Shown piece by piece: positions 20,096-29,264 of a DNA stretch of 39,108 nucleotides. The DNA lies in assembly GCA_039934655.1 (NCBI GenBank), contig JBDTLS010000001.1, forward strand, positions 1-39,108, in the 5' to 3' direction. Under the pieces are notes generated by a model. That model worked only from the letters and a program-made list of their open reading frames with translations. It made no database searches and was not told the DNA's origin. The stretch's first letter is position 1. Each line of letters starts with the position of its first letter. Made by a program: the position numbers and the translations under genes. This stretch comes from Sphingobium sp. (GTDB lineage: Bacteria; Pseudomonadota; Alphaproteobacteria; Sphingomonadales; Sphingomonadaceae).

Positions 20096-20874
20096 TCGAC
20101 CACCAGGGTCCGGCGTACGCGTCTGCACATGGCGAGCCCGACGATCGCGACCACTGCGGATGCACCAAGCGGTACCGAGACGTCGTAATAGGGCCGGACC
20201 GTATCGCCGAACAGCCCGTAGCGCATCATTTCCATGCCGTTCACGAGTGGAGAGTATAACACGATGTCTCGCGCTTTAGGGCCGAGCCAGGAAGCCATGT
20301 TGAATGTGCCGGACAGTGGTATGGCGACATAGACGGTGACGGGAAGCAACTTCTCGAGCGTCTCGGAAGATTCGGAGGCCGGAGCAATCACCAGGCAAAC
20401 CGAAAAGACGAACAGCATATACAGACACCAGCCGGCCAGCAGGAAGCCGATATGGGCTGGCACCGGGAAAAGGCCGAAAAAGACCAATATCGTGCCGATC
20501 ACCAGATAGGCCATCATCCCGCCGATCATCTCGATCATGAATCGCACGATGATAAAATCCAGCACTCGGACCTGGCGGTGGTACAGAAGGGAACCGTTGA
20601 CGACGAAGATGTTGAGGCACCGGCCGAATGAGTTGCGCATGACAGTGAGCGGTATGTAGCCACTGGCGATGAATGCGACGACGCTAACGCCGTGCTCCTC
20701 GGTTCCGATCATGTAGCGATACAGAAATCCGACAAGCGTCGCGAAAAGCAGCGGCTCGGCCATGACCCAGAGAAAGCCGATATTCTCGCGACCGAACCTG
20801 GTGGTCAGCTCACGAATCATCAACGCGAAGATGACGCGGCGCTGGATCCGCCAGGCCTGCAATGCTCTTCCCAT
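20092..20874 (-). CDS. kpsM: Capsule ABC transporter permease, KpsM/BexB family
   Basis: RVIFALMIRELTTRFGRENIGFLW..AEPL, about six TM segments, SPLVNGMEMMRYG. Confidence 0.92.
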   Translation of the reverse strand: MGRALQAWRIQRRVIFALMIRELTTRFGRENIGFLWVMAEPLLFATLVGFLYRYMIGTEEHGVSVVAFIASGYIPLTVMRNSFGRCLNIFVVNGSLLYHRQVRVLDFIIVRFMIEMIGGMMAYLVIGTILVFFGLFPVPAHIGFLLAGWCLYMLFVFSVCLVIAPASESSETLEKLLPVTVYVAIPLSGTFNMASWLGPKARDIVLYSPLVNGMEMMRYGLFGDTVRPYYDVSVPLGASAVVAIVGLAMCRRVRRTLVVE

Positions 20875-20880
20875 ATGCGG

Positions 20881-22044
20881 TCAGTCTTCCGGCGCGTGCT
20901 CGAGAATCCCCACGATCAGCATCCAGCCGATCAGGTAGAGGGCCAATGCCACCCCTGCCACCGTCAGGATATTCAAGAATCGTTTGGGATACATCGCGAC
21001 ATCCGGCAGGTCGGGCTCCACCACGCGTTCAAGATAATATTGCTGCTTGAACGCTTCGGTACGCGCTTGCTCGAGGCTCGCGCTGGCCATCGTCAGCATC
21101 TGAGTGGCAAATTCCTGATCGACCTGAAGACTCTCATATTGAGTAAGCTTCGACGCTAGGCCGTTGCCCGTACCAACTGCCCTGCTGGTTTGTGCCGAAA
21201 TCTGGGCGCCGATTGCGTTTATCCGGCTGCGCAGCGCCGGGATCCCCGGATTCCTTGGTGCTTCGCGCTCGATTGCTTCGAGCTGGGCGCGCAACAGCGC
21301 CTGTTCAGTCACGAGCTTGTTCGAAACTTCCAGTACGCCGGAAGCTTCGGCTGTCGGGTTCATCACGTCGCTCGAATTGCGATATTCACGAAGCGCAAGG
21401 CGCGCGTTGCGAACCCGCTCCAGTGCGTCACCGACGCGCTTTTCCGCCTCGGCGACTGCTTTGGTCTGAAATCGGGCGTTGAGTCGATTGACGAGTCTCT
21501 CGCTGGAATCCAGCAAATAAGCATTCAACTGCTGCGCGTCCTTGGGCGTAAAGGCCCGTGCTGTGAGAACCGCTGAGTTGGTGTCGTGATCAATTCGAAT
21601 GTTGATCATGCCCTTGTAGTATTTGAAAAGATTTTCGAAGCGATCCTTACTGAAAATCATCGGATAACGGCTGATCCAGTCGGCGCTATCACTCGCAAAG
21701 ACGGTCCTGAGGTCGCTATGCAGCTCGAGGTCACGTAACGCATCTCGTGACTGGATGTAGTCGATCACTTCATTAGTCTGATCTTGGCCTTGCGAAAGGC
21801 CGGTCGATTGGATCAAATTCGCGATGCTGGTTGCTTGTGACGGCCTTTGCGAGGCAGTCTTGATCACGAAACGCGATTCTGACTGATAAATGTCGGAAGC
21901 GAACAACCCATAATAGATCGCCGCCAAAACGACCGGCAGCACGACGAACAATATGAACCACCGGCGGCGATACAGCACCGTCGCGAGCGATTCGCCGCGA
22001 CCAGCGCTCGGTTCCGCAGGGCGGATCTCCTGTGAAAGGTCCAT
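20881..22044 (-). CDS. kpsE: Capsule export polysaccharide co-polymerase, KpsE/BexC/WcbD family
   Basis: TM - ASDIYQSESRFVIK - YIQSRD - RAFTPKDA - coiled coil - YLERVVEPDLPD..YPKR - TM - EH; start at MDLSQE (22044). Confidence 0.9.
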   Translation of the reverse strand: MDLSQEIRPAEPSAGRGESLATVLYRRRWFILFVVLPVVLAAIYYGLFASDIYQSESRFVIKTASQRPSQATSIANLIQSTGLSQGQDQTNEVIDYIQSRDALRDLELHSDLRTVFASDSADWISRYPMIFSKDRFENLFKYYKGMINIRIDHDTNSAVLTARAFTPKDAQQLNAYLLDSSERLVNRLNARFQTKAVAEAEKRVGDALERVRNARLALREYRNSSDVMNPTAEASGVLEVSNKLVTEQALLRAQLEAIEREAPRNPGIPALRSRINAIGAQISAQTSRAVGTGNGLASKLTQYESLQVDQEFATQMLTMASASLEQARTEAFKQQYYLERVVEPDLPDVAMYPKRFLNILTVAGVALALYLIGWMLIVGILEHAPED

Positions 22045-22232
22045 AATTTCCAACAAAATGCAATGTCCGTGGCCAGTCTCGGTGGCCCGTTTATGGGCAA
22101 CGACAGTGACGTACAAGGGCAGTCGACGCGTGAGCCAACCGCTAGCCAATCACGCACCCGCGCGATACACCTCCGTCTGCCGGATGTGCACAGCGAAGCC
22201 AGCATGTGCCCGGTTTCTATCAGGAGCCCACT

Positions 22233-23315
22233 ATGCCCAGGCTAAGCCTTGCAGCGCTCGCGGTCGCCATCACGTTCCCACATGCCAGTGGGGCAGCCGT
22301 TGTACCCGATTCCGCCGATGCGTTGCGAGTCGCGGCGCGGCAAGGTGGAATGCCGGCAGTTCCTTCCAGATCGCCAGACGCACCACGGAGCGAACCAAGG
22401 GGTACCGGACCGAATTCAGAAGCATCCGAAGCACCCTGTCCGCTCCAAAACTCGATTAGTCGCTCAGGAGGGCTCACCGGTGTCGCTCCGGACGGCACGG
22501 GTGCGACAGCGCAAGCGCGCGTCTGTGTGTCACTGGCGGGGATCAGGAAGGCCGCACAGTTCGGACGCACAATTGAAGTTAGCGATGGCGCGACGGGGCC
22601 CTTATCAGGCCCCGGAATTTCGACCGCTGGGAGTGCCAGCTATGCGCTATCCCTCGTCAACGTCCGGCCGAACTGGGCTGCATCCCAAACGACCGGCGAG
22701 GCGGATGGGCTGAATATCTTTGTGCGGCAGGCAAACAGCGATACGGCTGCGCTTCTAGCAAATGTCGGGGTTCGCTCGGGTTTCGCGACTACGCTTGAAT
22801 CCTACACCTTCGCGGCCGACAGCCGGGGTCTCCCGCTTCGTGCGGTACGGACGCAGCTTGGCGTCGTCAACGCGCGAGACGGCGGCGAATACGGGTTGGT
22901 GCTTCAAGCGGCGGACGGACATCAGCTCACAGCCGGTTTACGCATTGCCAGCATTGGTGACGCCAGCTGGAAGAACTATCTAGAGGCGGTGAGCCCGACA
23001 GGTGAGCAAGTGGCTTATATTCGCGGCAGCGACGGCGCTTTTGTCGGTGGAGATCTGGTGCCCACGGATGACCTGCAAAAGAACATCGGAACACCCGAAC
23101 GCCGATATGCCGTATCCTTTACGCGAGTTCTCCAGCTTGCCGCGTCTCCCTTTGCGGAACTTCCAAAATGCGGCGAAGGCGTAGGTGGCGGAGCGCTGGC
23201 TGTCGTCTCCGATGCGCGCAAGCCCATTCGGACTTGGGGCCAGATCGTCAGCGCTGGCGGTGGCAGCTACAAGGCGTTTGTAAAGTGTGACGGAGTGAAC
23301 TGGACAGGATTCTAG
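22233..23315 (+). CDS. Secreted hypothetical protein with tail-fibre-like C-terminal motifs
   Basis: CAGGAG RBS before ATG 22233; Sec-type signal MPRLSLAALAVAITFPHASGA; P/S-rich linker; G/A/V-rich beta-like core; C-terminal GGGSYKAFVKCDGVNW. Confidence 0.7.
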   Translation: MPRLSLAALAVAITFPHASGAAVVPDSADALRVAARQGGMPAVPSRSPDAPRSEPRGTGPNSEASEAPCPLQNSISRSGGLTGVAPDGTGATAQARVCVSLAGIRKAAQFGRTIEVSDGATGPLSGPGISTAGSASYALSLVNVRPNWAASQTTGEADGLNIFVRQANSDTAALLANVGVRSGFATTLESYTFAADSRGLPLRAVRTQLGVVNARDGGEYGLVLQAADGHQLTAGLRIASIGDASWKNYLEAVSPTGEQVAYIRGSDGAFVGGDLVPTDDLQKNIGTPERRYAVSFTRVLQLAASPFAELPKCGEGVGGGALAVVSDARKPIRTWGQIVSAGGGSYKAFVKCDGVNWTGF

Positions 23316-23443
23316 CAATCGGCAGACCGTACCAACGCGACGTGCGCCGGTGCAGCTCGATCGCTGCTAAGGAGATTTTTTCGCAGTGGTTGGTTCATTG
23401 AAGCGAGGTCTCATTCAGACCAGTCTTAAGCCTGAGTGCGTTT

Positions 23444-24220
23444 GTGAGCACGGCTCATAATTTATCGTTTGAGGCGTATGGAACAAATCTGAACGTCTCT
23501 CCGGTCATCCACAAAGATGATCTGATCTATCGATTCCTAGTGGAACACCCCGATATCATCGGGCTGGCCGCCTCCGCCGAGCATTATTTCAATGATGGCC
23601 GGAAATCCGCTGCAGCATTGCTGAGCCTCGTCGAGACAGACACCTGCATCACGACCTCGGAACCCTGGACCATGTTGGAATTTGCGTCGGGTTACGGATG
23701 CGTAACGCACCATTTCGATGCAGTAGCGCCGGAAGCTGATGTCACGGCTTGCGACATACACGGACGAGCGGTCGAATTCATTCAGAACGTCCTGTCCACC
23801 AATGCGGTCATTTCGGTCCGCGATCCGGACCATTTCTGGCTTCGCCGCGAGTTCGACATTGTATTCGCTCTGTCCTTCTTCTCGCACATGCCGGCAAGCA
23901 CATGGTCACCGTGGCTAAAGGCCCTTTTCCGACACGTGCGACCGGGTGGCTCGCTGATCTTCACGACCCACGGGCATATCAGCCGCCAGAAACTATATAG
24001 GAATATGATTGATCTGGACGAGCACGGCTTCTGGTTCGAGGCTTCGAGTGAGCAGGCCGATATCAACGTAGCTGAATATGGCACGACGATCACCTCGACC
24101 GAGTTTGTGACGCGGCAGATCTTCGCGCATCTGCGAGCCCCATCTCTCTGGCTGCGCCCGGTTTCTGGTGGGGACATCAGGATGTTTATATCGTCGCCAG
24201 GACCTAGCCGCCGAAATTGA
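23444..24220 (+). CDS. Class I SAM methyltransferase, apparently frameshifted near the 3' end
   Basis: MLEFASGYGCVT, ACDI, SFFSHMP, RPGGSLIFTTHG. The expected WWGHQDVYIV tail lies in the -1 frame (stop 24205-24207). Confidence 0.8.
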   Translation: MSTAHNLSFEAYGTNLNVSPVIHKDDLIYRFLVEHPDIIGLAASAEHYFNDGRKSAAALLSLVETDTCITTSEPWTMLEFASGYGCVTHHFDAVAPEADVTACDIHGRAVEFIQNVLSTNAVISVRDPDHFWLRREFDIVFALSFFSHMPASTWSPWLKALFRHVRPGGSLIFTTHGHISRQKLYRNMIDLDEHGFWFEASSEQADINVAEYGTTITSTEFVTRQIFAHLRAPSLWLRPVSGGDIRMFISSPGPSRRN

Positions 24221-24344
24221 TCGTTTCGGACAGAAGCAGTTTCAGTGGTCGCCGGCCGGGTGAACTGCTACCGGGCAACGCCGGATCGGCAGCGCAAGCA
24301 TCGTTAACATGACAATGGCCGCCCGCAGGTTAAGGTCGACTCGA

Positions 24345-26162
24345 ATGCAGCACGGACTCTCTGCGACAGCCCTGCTGCGTGCCTATCTCGCCGTAGCGCG
24401 CGGGCGCCCCCTCCGGGCTCTGGCGATTGCGTGGTGGTGGGTTACCCGTCGGAAACTACGGGCCCGTAATCACCTGAGCGCGGCCATTGCCAGCCTTCCC
24501 CACCATTACCAGATCTGGCTGTCGCTCTATCAGCCTGGATCGGCTGGCATCCATGCAGCGTCGCTACCCCAACGCGGTGCCGGAACGGCTTTGGTTCTCG
24601 CAATTCATCTCCATATTCGCGACCGGCAGATCGGAGCGATATTGCCCGCGCTCCCGACGATTTTGGAGCAGCTGACCGAGCAGGACGCGCTCTTTATAAG
24701 CTCGAGTCTGCCGCTGACCGGCGGGGTGCCATCCGTGACTTCAAAGGGCGGACATGTCCACATCCTGCCCCACTGCGTGGAAAGTAGGGCAGAAGCGATC
24801 CGACAGGTATTGGATGCCACCGAAGCATCCTACCTGGTGCCACTCGACGCCGAGGCAACCCTCTCGCCGGGCGCGGTCGAGGTCTTTGCGCGAGCGATTG
24901 CCGGCGATCCAGAGCATCGGACCATTTTCTATGCCGACCAGGATGAGCGCGACTGTCAGTTTGTCCGTCACAACCCCTGGCTTAAGCCGGAATGGGACGA
25001 GGATCTTTTCCTGGCGCAGGACTATATTTCCGGGGCGTGCGCCATCCCCGCCGACGCGGCCCGCAGCGTAGTCGGACAGGTGGCCAGTGAAGACGCTGTC
25101 GTCATCTATGAAATCATCGCGCGTCTCGTCCTGACACCATCTCCCCTGCCCGTTCACCGCGTCCCCTTTGTCGCGATTACCGCCGATACAGGCATGTGGT
25201 GCCGCGACAGCCCTGTCCGGGCCGACCTGGTGCGGAGACTTCTTGCGGAACGCACCGCCACGCCAGCCATGCAGCCCCTCGTCGAACCTGCGGAATTCGG
25301 CACGGTCTCGGTTCGATGGCCGTTGCCCAATCCGCCGCCGATGGTGAGCGTGATCGTGCCGACCCGAGACCGGCTCGATCTCCTCGAGGTCTGCGTCGCG
25401 GGGGTACTCGAGTGCACGGATTATCCGAATATTGAACTCATCATCGCGGACAATGAAAGCGTCGAGCCGGAGACGATGGCATTTTTCGAAAGATGGAACG
25501 GTGATCCGCGGGTGAAAGTCGTGCGCTGGCCCCATCCCTATAATTATTCAGCGATCAACAACTTTGCCGTGGCCCAAGCCAGCGGCCAGTATCTCTGCCT
25601 TCTCAACAACGACACCGAGGTGATCGACCCATCGTGGTTGCGCGAGATGATGGCGCATGCGGTCCGGCCCCAAGTCGGCGCGGTTGGCGCGCGGCTGCTC
25701 TACCCGGATCGCAGCATCCAGCATGCCGGTGTAGTCATGGGCATGGGCGGCGCGGCTGGTCATGCCCATCGGGGCCTACCAGAAGGCGAACCCGGCTATT
25801 TTGCGCAGGCGCTCGTCGCCCGTGGCGCCACCGCTGTTACCGCCGCCTGTCTGGTAGTCGCCAGGGAAAAGTTCGCAGCGGTCGGCGGCCTGGATGAGAA
25901 AAAGCTGGCGATCGCCTATAATGACGTTGACCTGTGCCTGAAGCTGCGAGCAGCGGGCTGGCGCAACATCTATGTGCCGCAGGCGATGCTGATCCATCAC
26001 GAAGGAAAATCGCGCGGACTCGACTTCGCGCCCGAGCATCTGGCTCGCTACCTGCGCGAGTTGGCTGAGTTTCAGCAACGCTGGGGCGCCGCCGCCTTTC
26101 GTGATCCGATGCATCATCCGGCGCTTGACCTGGCGAGCGAGACCTATCGCCTGAAGGTGTGA
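24345..26162 (+). CDS. Family 2 glycosyltransferase (paralog of 4825..6375)
   Basis: YADQD..PWLKPEWD, SVIVPTRDR, DNES, YNYSAINN, LLNNDTEV, IQHAGV, AVTAACLVV, YNDVDLCLKL, HHEGKSRG. Start is 24309 or 24345. Confidence 0.88.
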   Translation: MQHGLSATALLRAYLAVARGRPLRALAIAWWWVTRRKLRARNHLSAAIASLPHHYQIWLSLYQPGSAGIHAASLPQRGAGTALVLAIHLHIRDRQIGAILPALPTILEQLTEQDALFISSSLPLTGGVPSVTSKGGHVHILPHCVESRAEAIRQVLDATEASYLVPLDAEATLSPGAVEVFARAIAGDPEHRTIFYADQDERDCQFVRHNPWLKPEWDEDLFLAQDYISGACAIPADAARSVVGQVASEDAVVIYEIIARLVLTPSPLPVHRVPFVAITADTGMWCRDSPVRADLVRRLLAERTATPAMQPLVEPAEFGTVSVRWPLPNPPPMVSVIVPTRDRLDLLEVCVAGVLECTDYPNIELIIADNESVEPETMAFFERWNGDPRVKVVRWPHPYNYSAINNFAVAQASGQYLCLLNNDTEVIDPSWLREMMAHAVRPQVGAVGARLLYPDRSIQHAGVVMGMGGAAGHAHRGLPEGEPGYFAQALVARGATAVTAACLVVAREKFAAVGGLDEKKLAIAYNDVDLCLKLRAAGWRNIYVPQAMLIHHEGKSRGLDFAPEHLARYLRELAEFQQRWGAAAFRDPMHHPALDLASETYRLKV

Positions 26163-26166
26163 ACCC

Positions 26167-27117
26167 TCACCCCGACGATCCGCGCACATGCTCAATCAGC
26201 CTTCGCCAAGGCGATCGTCCGCGCCGGCTCCGCTGGGGCTCGATGATCTCACCAAGATAGGTGTTCGGCCTGGGCAGGTTGTCGCTGATCGCGACCAGAT
26301 TGCGCAGCGCAAGCCGCCCCACCGCCTCGTCGGAGAATGCAGGAGTATAATAGAGGCAGTCGTCGAAATAATAATGCGTGACCTGCGACCAGCGGGTCCG
26401 TCGAGGGTCGGTCTGACGACTGCCGCCATGAAGCAGGTTCGCGCACCAGATCAGTGCCTGGCCCTTGTGCGCAAGGAAGACTTCCTCTTGGGCACCGTGG
26501 GCTTCGCGCAGTGCCGCCCATGCCGGACCGTAAGGATCCTGCGCCGAGCTCAGCGCGCTGCCAAAGCCCCGCCGGCTTACCAAAGCATTGGTCACGATCG
26601 GCCAGCGGTGCGATCCGGGAAGATAGAATAACGGGCCAGCGTCGGGTCCGACATCTTCCATCGCCAGCCATACGCCGCACATAAAACGTTCGGGGAGGCT
26701 GGAGAAATGCACCGAGTCCGAATGGACGTCCTGCTGCGTGCCCACCGGGAAGTTCAGTGTCTGAAACGGGAAGGCCCTGCGGCCATAGAGCTTGTCCAGC
26801 AGGCCCAGCACCGCTTCGTTCACGGCGATTGCACGGACATCCTCGTCAAACTTCCAGGCATCCTGTAGACGGCATTCGCCCGCGGTTTTGTTGCACTCCG
26901 GATCGTCGAAATCGATCCGGTAGCGAGGGCCGAGATTGCGCTTTATTCGGGCGATCCGGTCGTCGAGATCAACGTCCGGGAAGTCGAACACGGCATAGCC
27001 CCGCTCATGAAGATCGTTTGCGATCCGCTCCTCTTCGTCGGTCAGGCCCTGAGATGGCTTGAGCAACGGAAAGAGCGGGGATTCTATCAGCGGCAGGCCG
27101 GGAAAAGGATTGGTCAC
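26167..27117 (-). CDS. Phytanoyl-CoA dioxygenase (PhyH) family Fe(II)/2OG enzyme
   Basis: QTLNF.VGTQQDVHSD (HxD), GVWLAMED, GPLFYLPGSH, LLHGGS, RWSQVTHYY; GTG at 27117 or ATG at 27159. Confidence 0.87.
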   Translation of the reverse strand: MTNPFPGLPLIESPLFPLLKPSQGLTDEEERIANDLHERGYAVFDFPDVDLDDRIARIKRNLGPRYRIDFDDPECNKTAGECRLQDAWKFDEDVRAIAVNEAVLGLLDKLYGRRAFPFQTLNFPVGTQQDVHSDSVHFSSLPERFMCGVWLAMEDVGPDAGPLFYLPGSHRWPIVTNALVSRRGFGSALSSAQDPYGPAWAALREAHGAQEEVFLAHKGQALIWCANLLHGGSRQTDPRRTRWSQVTHYYFDDCLYYTPAFSDEAVGRLALRNLVAISDNLPRPNTYLGEIIEPQRSRRGRSPWRRLIEHVRGSSG

Positions 27118-27548
27118 GAACTGATAGGCCTTTCTGCGGATTGCACGGGCCGCGCCCATTTACGAGAATTAAGCCCGATCCCCACGAAAGGCCACCCATA
27201 GAGCAGGCCATACGCAGGAGAATGTCGGTTTTTCGCGCCGACACTCGCCTCGCACGGCCATCACGACGCTATCCTGAAAATAGCGGATTTCCAACCCCAG
27301 CCCGGCTCAGCCATCTACGCAGCCGCCTCGTGCGGGGTTATATTGACCGCGTCGAGCGAATGGAATCCGCCATTGTTGCCCATCGGATGTGCTGCTGTGT
27401 CGGTTAGCTCCCCATTGGGCCTTTCAGGCATCATCACAAGTGTTTAACAATGATCGCGCGAGCCAGCTTGTGGTTGCGATCGGGCTCATGGCCGCTTGAC
27501 CGCAACGCGGATCTGGCAAGTGCAGCTTGACACAAAGGATTGGGCGCC

Positions 27549-28260
27549 ATGACCACCTTGCTTCAGCAACTCCTCGCGCGGGGCAATCGTTGGCATTCGG
27601 TGCGTTCCTACAATGCGATCGTCGCACGGTTTCGCCGGCAATATCGCAACGATTACGATATGGCGATGATCGCCTCGATCGGCGCCTTGTCGCCATCTGA
27701 GTTCGCTCACAGGGTGATGGCCATGTCGCGGTGCTACGCCACCACGGGCTGCGCGATGGGATGTCGGTCTATGATCTGGGTTGCGGATCCGGACGTACCG
27801 CGATGGCGTTGCAACGCTCGGGCTGAAAAGGCCGCCATATGGGCGCGGACATCATCAAGCCTCCGGTCGAATATCTGCGATCGATGCCCAGGCTACGACG
27901 CCGTGGTTCATCGCGCATTGACGATTGCCGCGCCGAGTAACTCACAGGACATGATCTTTCACTGGTCGGTGTTCACCCACCTCTATCCCGGAGGACGCCT
28001 TTCGTGCGTTGAAACCCGGCGGGCGCCTTGACTTCTCTTTCCTGGAACTGGAGGTGGTGTGGCATCACGACGTTTTCCGGAGCCGGCTAGGCCAATTCCG
28101 GAAGCATGGCCGGTCGAATACGCTGACGCTTTCGCACATCGCGACTGGATCCGGCTTTGGGCGACGGACATCGGCTTCGGGCAGCTCTCGTTGACGGATG
28201 GCACTGATAATACTCATCGCCTCGAATGCTGCAGGCGCTGGTGGCAATGTCCCAGCCGCC
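27549..28260 (+). pseudogene. Degenerate copy of the methyltransferase at 37037..37831
   Basis: Collinear DNA and protein similarity (HSVRSYNA..ARFRRQY..DYDMAMIASIGALS; YDLGCGSGRTAMAL; FHWSVFTHLYP; KPGGRL.FSFLELE; HRDWIR.WA) broken by a frameshift near 27710, a TGG>TGA stop at 27824-27826 and an ~20-nt deletion near 27990. Confidence 0.9.
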
Positions 28261-28445
28261 CAGCCCAGATGCCGCCCAGCCTGCGATCCCGCCGAAGGTG
28301 GTCCGCATGCGGCGGATTGACTTGTGCAGCCGTGTGATTGACCAGGTTGGAACACCCGTCATTTGGTGAGCTTGCAACTATTTTCTGGCCGCCACTTGGC
28401 ACGCTGTCTGCATTGACGGAATTCTAAAGCTGCGGGAGTAATTGA

Positions 28446-29264
28446 GTGTTTTCAGCAAAGTGGACCGAACAATCGGAATTGCATTCCGCTTACTTCGAGC
28501 TGTTGCAACAATATGCTAGCCGCGGCGTTTCTGAGGTGCTCGACGCCCGGGACAAGGAAAATGTTTTCTCAACAGATGCTGACCGGCAGCATTATTTTAA
28601 TGTCGGCGCGAATGCGATCGAGATAATCGTGCAGTCTCTCCTGGCCGGGCGCCGGATGCCGCCGCAGAGCATTCTCGATTTTCCGTCCGGCTCTGGCCGG
28701 GTGACGCGGCATTTGCGGGCGATGTTTCCCGACGCGAAGATCGGAGCGTGCGATCTCTATCAACAGCATCTCGATTTTTGCGCATCGCAGTTTAGCGCGG
28801 TTCCGCTCATGTCGAACGAGGACGTGAGCGTGCTTGACGTAGGGCAATGGGACCTCGTTTTTTGTGGTTCACTCCTGACCCACTTGCCCGAACATCTGTT
28901 TTGGCCGACGATCCGGTTCATCGGCCGTTCGCTGTCCCCGAACGGCATCGCAATCGTGACGCTGGAGGGGCGACATGCGCTGCATATCCAGGATCATAAG
29001 TGGAAATTTATTGCCGACGGCCTGTTCGACGTCGCACGGAAACAATATCACGCCTCCGGTTTCGGCTTTGTGGACTATAGTGCGGCGTTCCGAGAAAAGA
29101 CGTTCAGCAAACAGGCAAGCTACGGCATTGCGCTGGTCAGCCCCTCATGGTTGATGGCAGGCCTTCTGGCAATGGATGATATCCGAATTATGGGCTTCAC
29201 GGAACGCTGTTGGGACGATCATCAGGATGTGATCGCCTTCGGCAAGCCTGCCGTAAACGCTTGA
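28446..29264 (+). CDS. Class I SAM methyltransferase
   Basis: ILDFPSGSGRVTRHLRA.FP, ACDL, GSLLTHLP, LSPNGIAIVT, WDDHQDV. Confidence 0.88.
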   Translation: MFSAKWTEQSELHSAYFELLQQYASRGVSEVLDARDKENVFSTDADRQHYFNVGANAIEIIVQSLLAGRRMPPQSILDFPSGSGRVTRHLRAMFPDAKIGACDLYQQHLDFCASQFSAVPLMSNEDVSVLDVGQWDLVFCGSLLTHLPEHLFWPTIRFIGRSLSPNGIAIVTLEGRHALHIQDHKWKFIADGLFDVARKQYHASGFGFVDYSAAFREKTFSKQASYGIALVSPSWLMAGLLAMDDIRIMGFTERCWDDHQDVIAFGKPAVNA

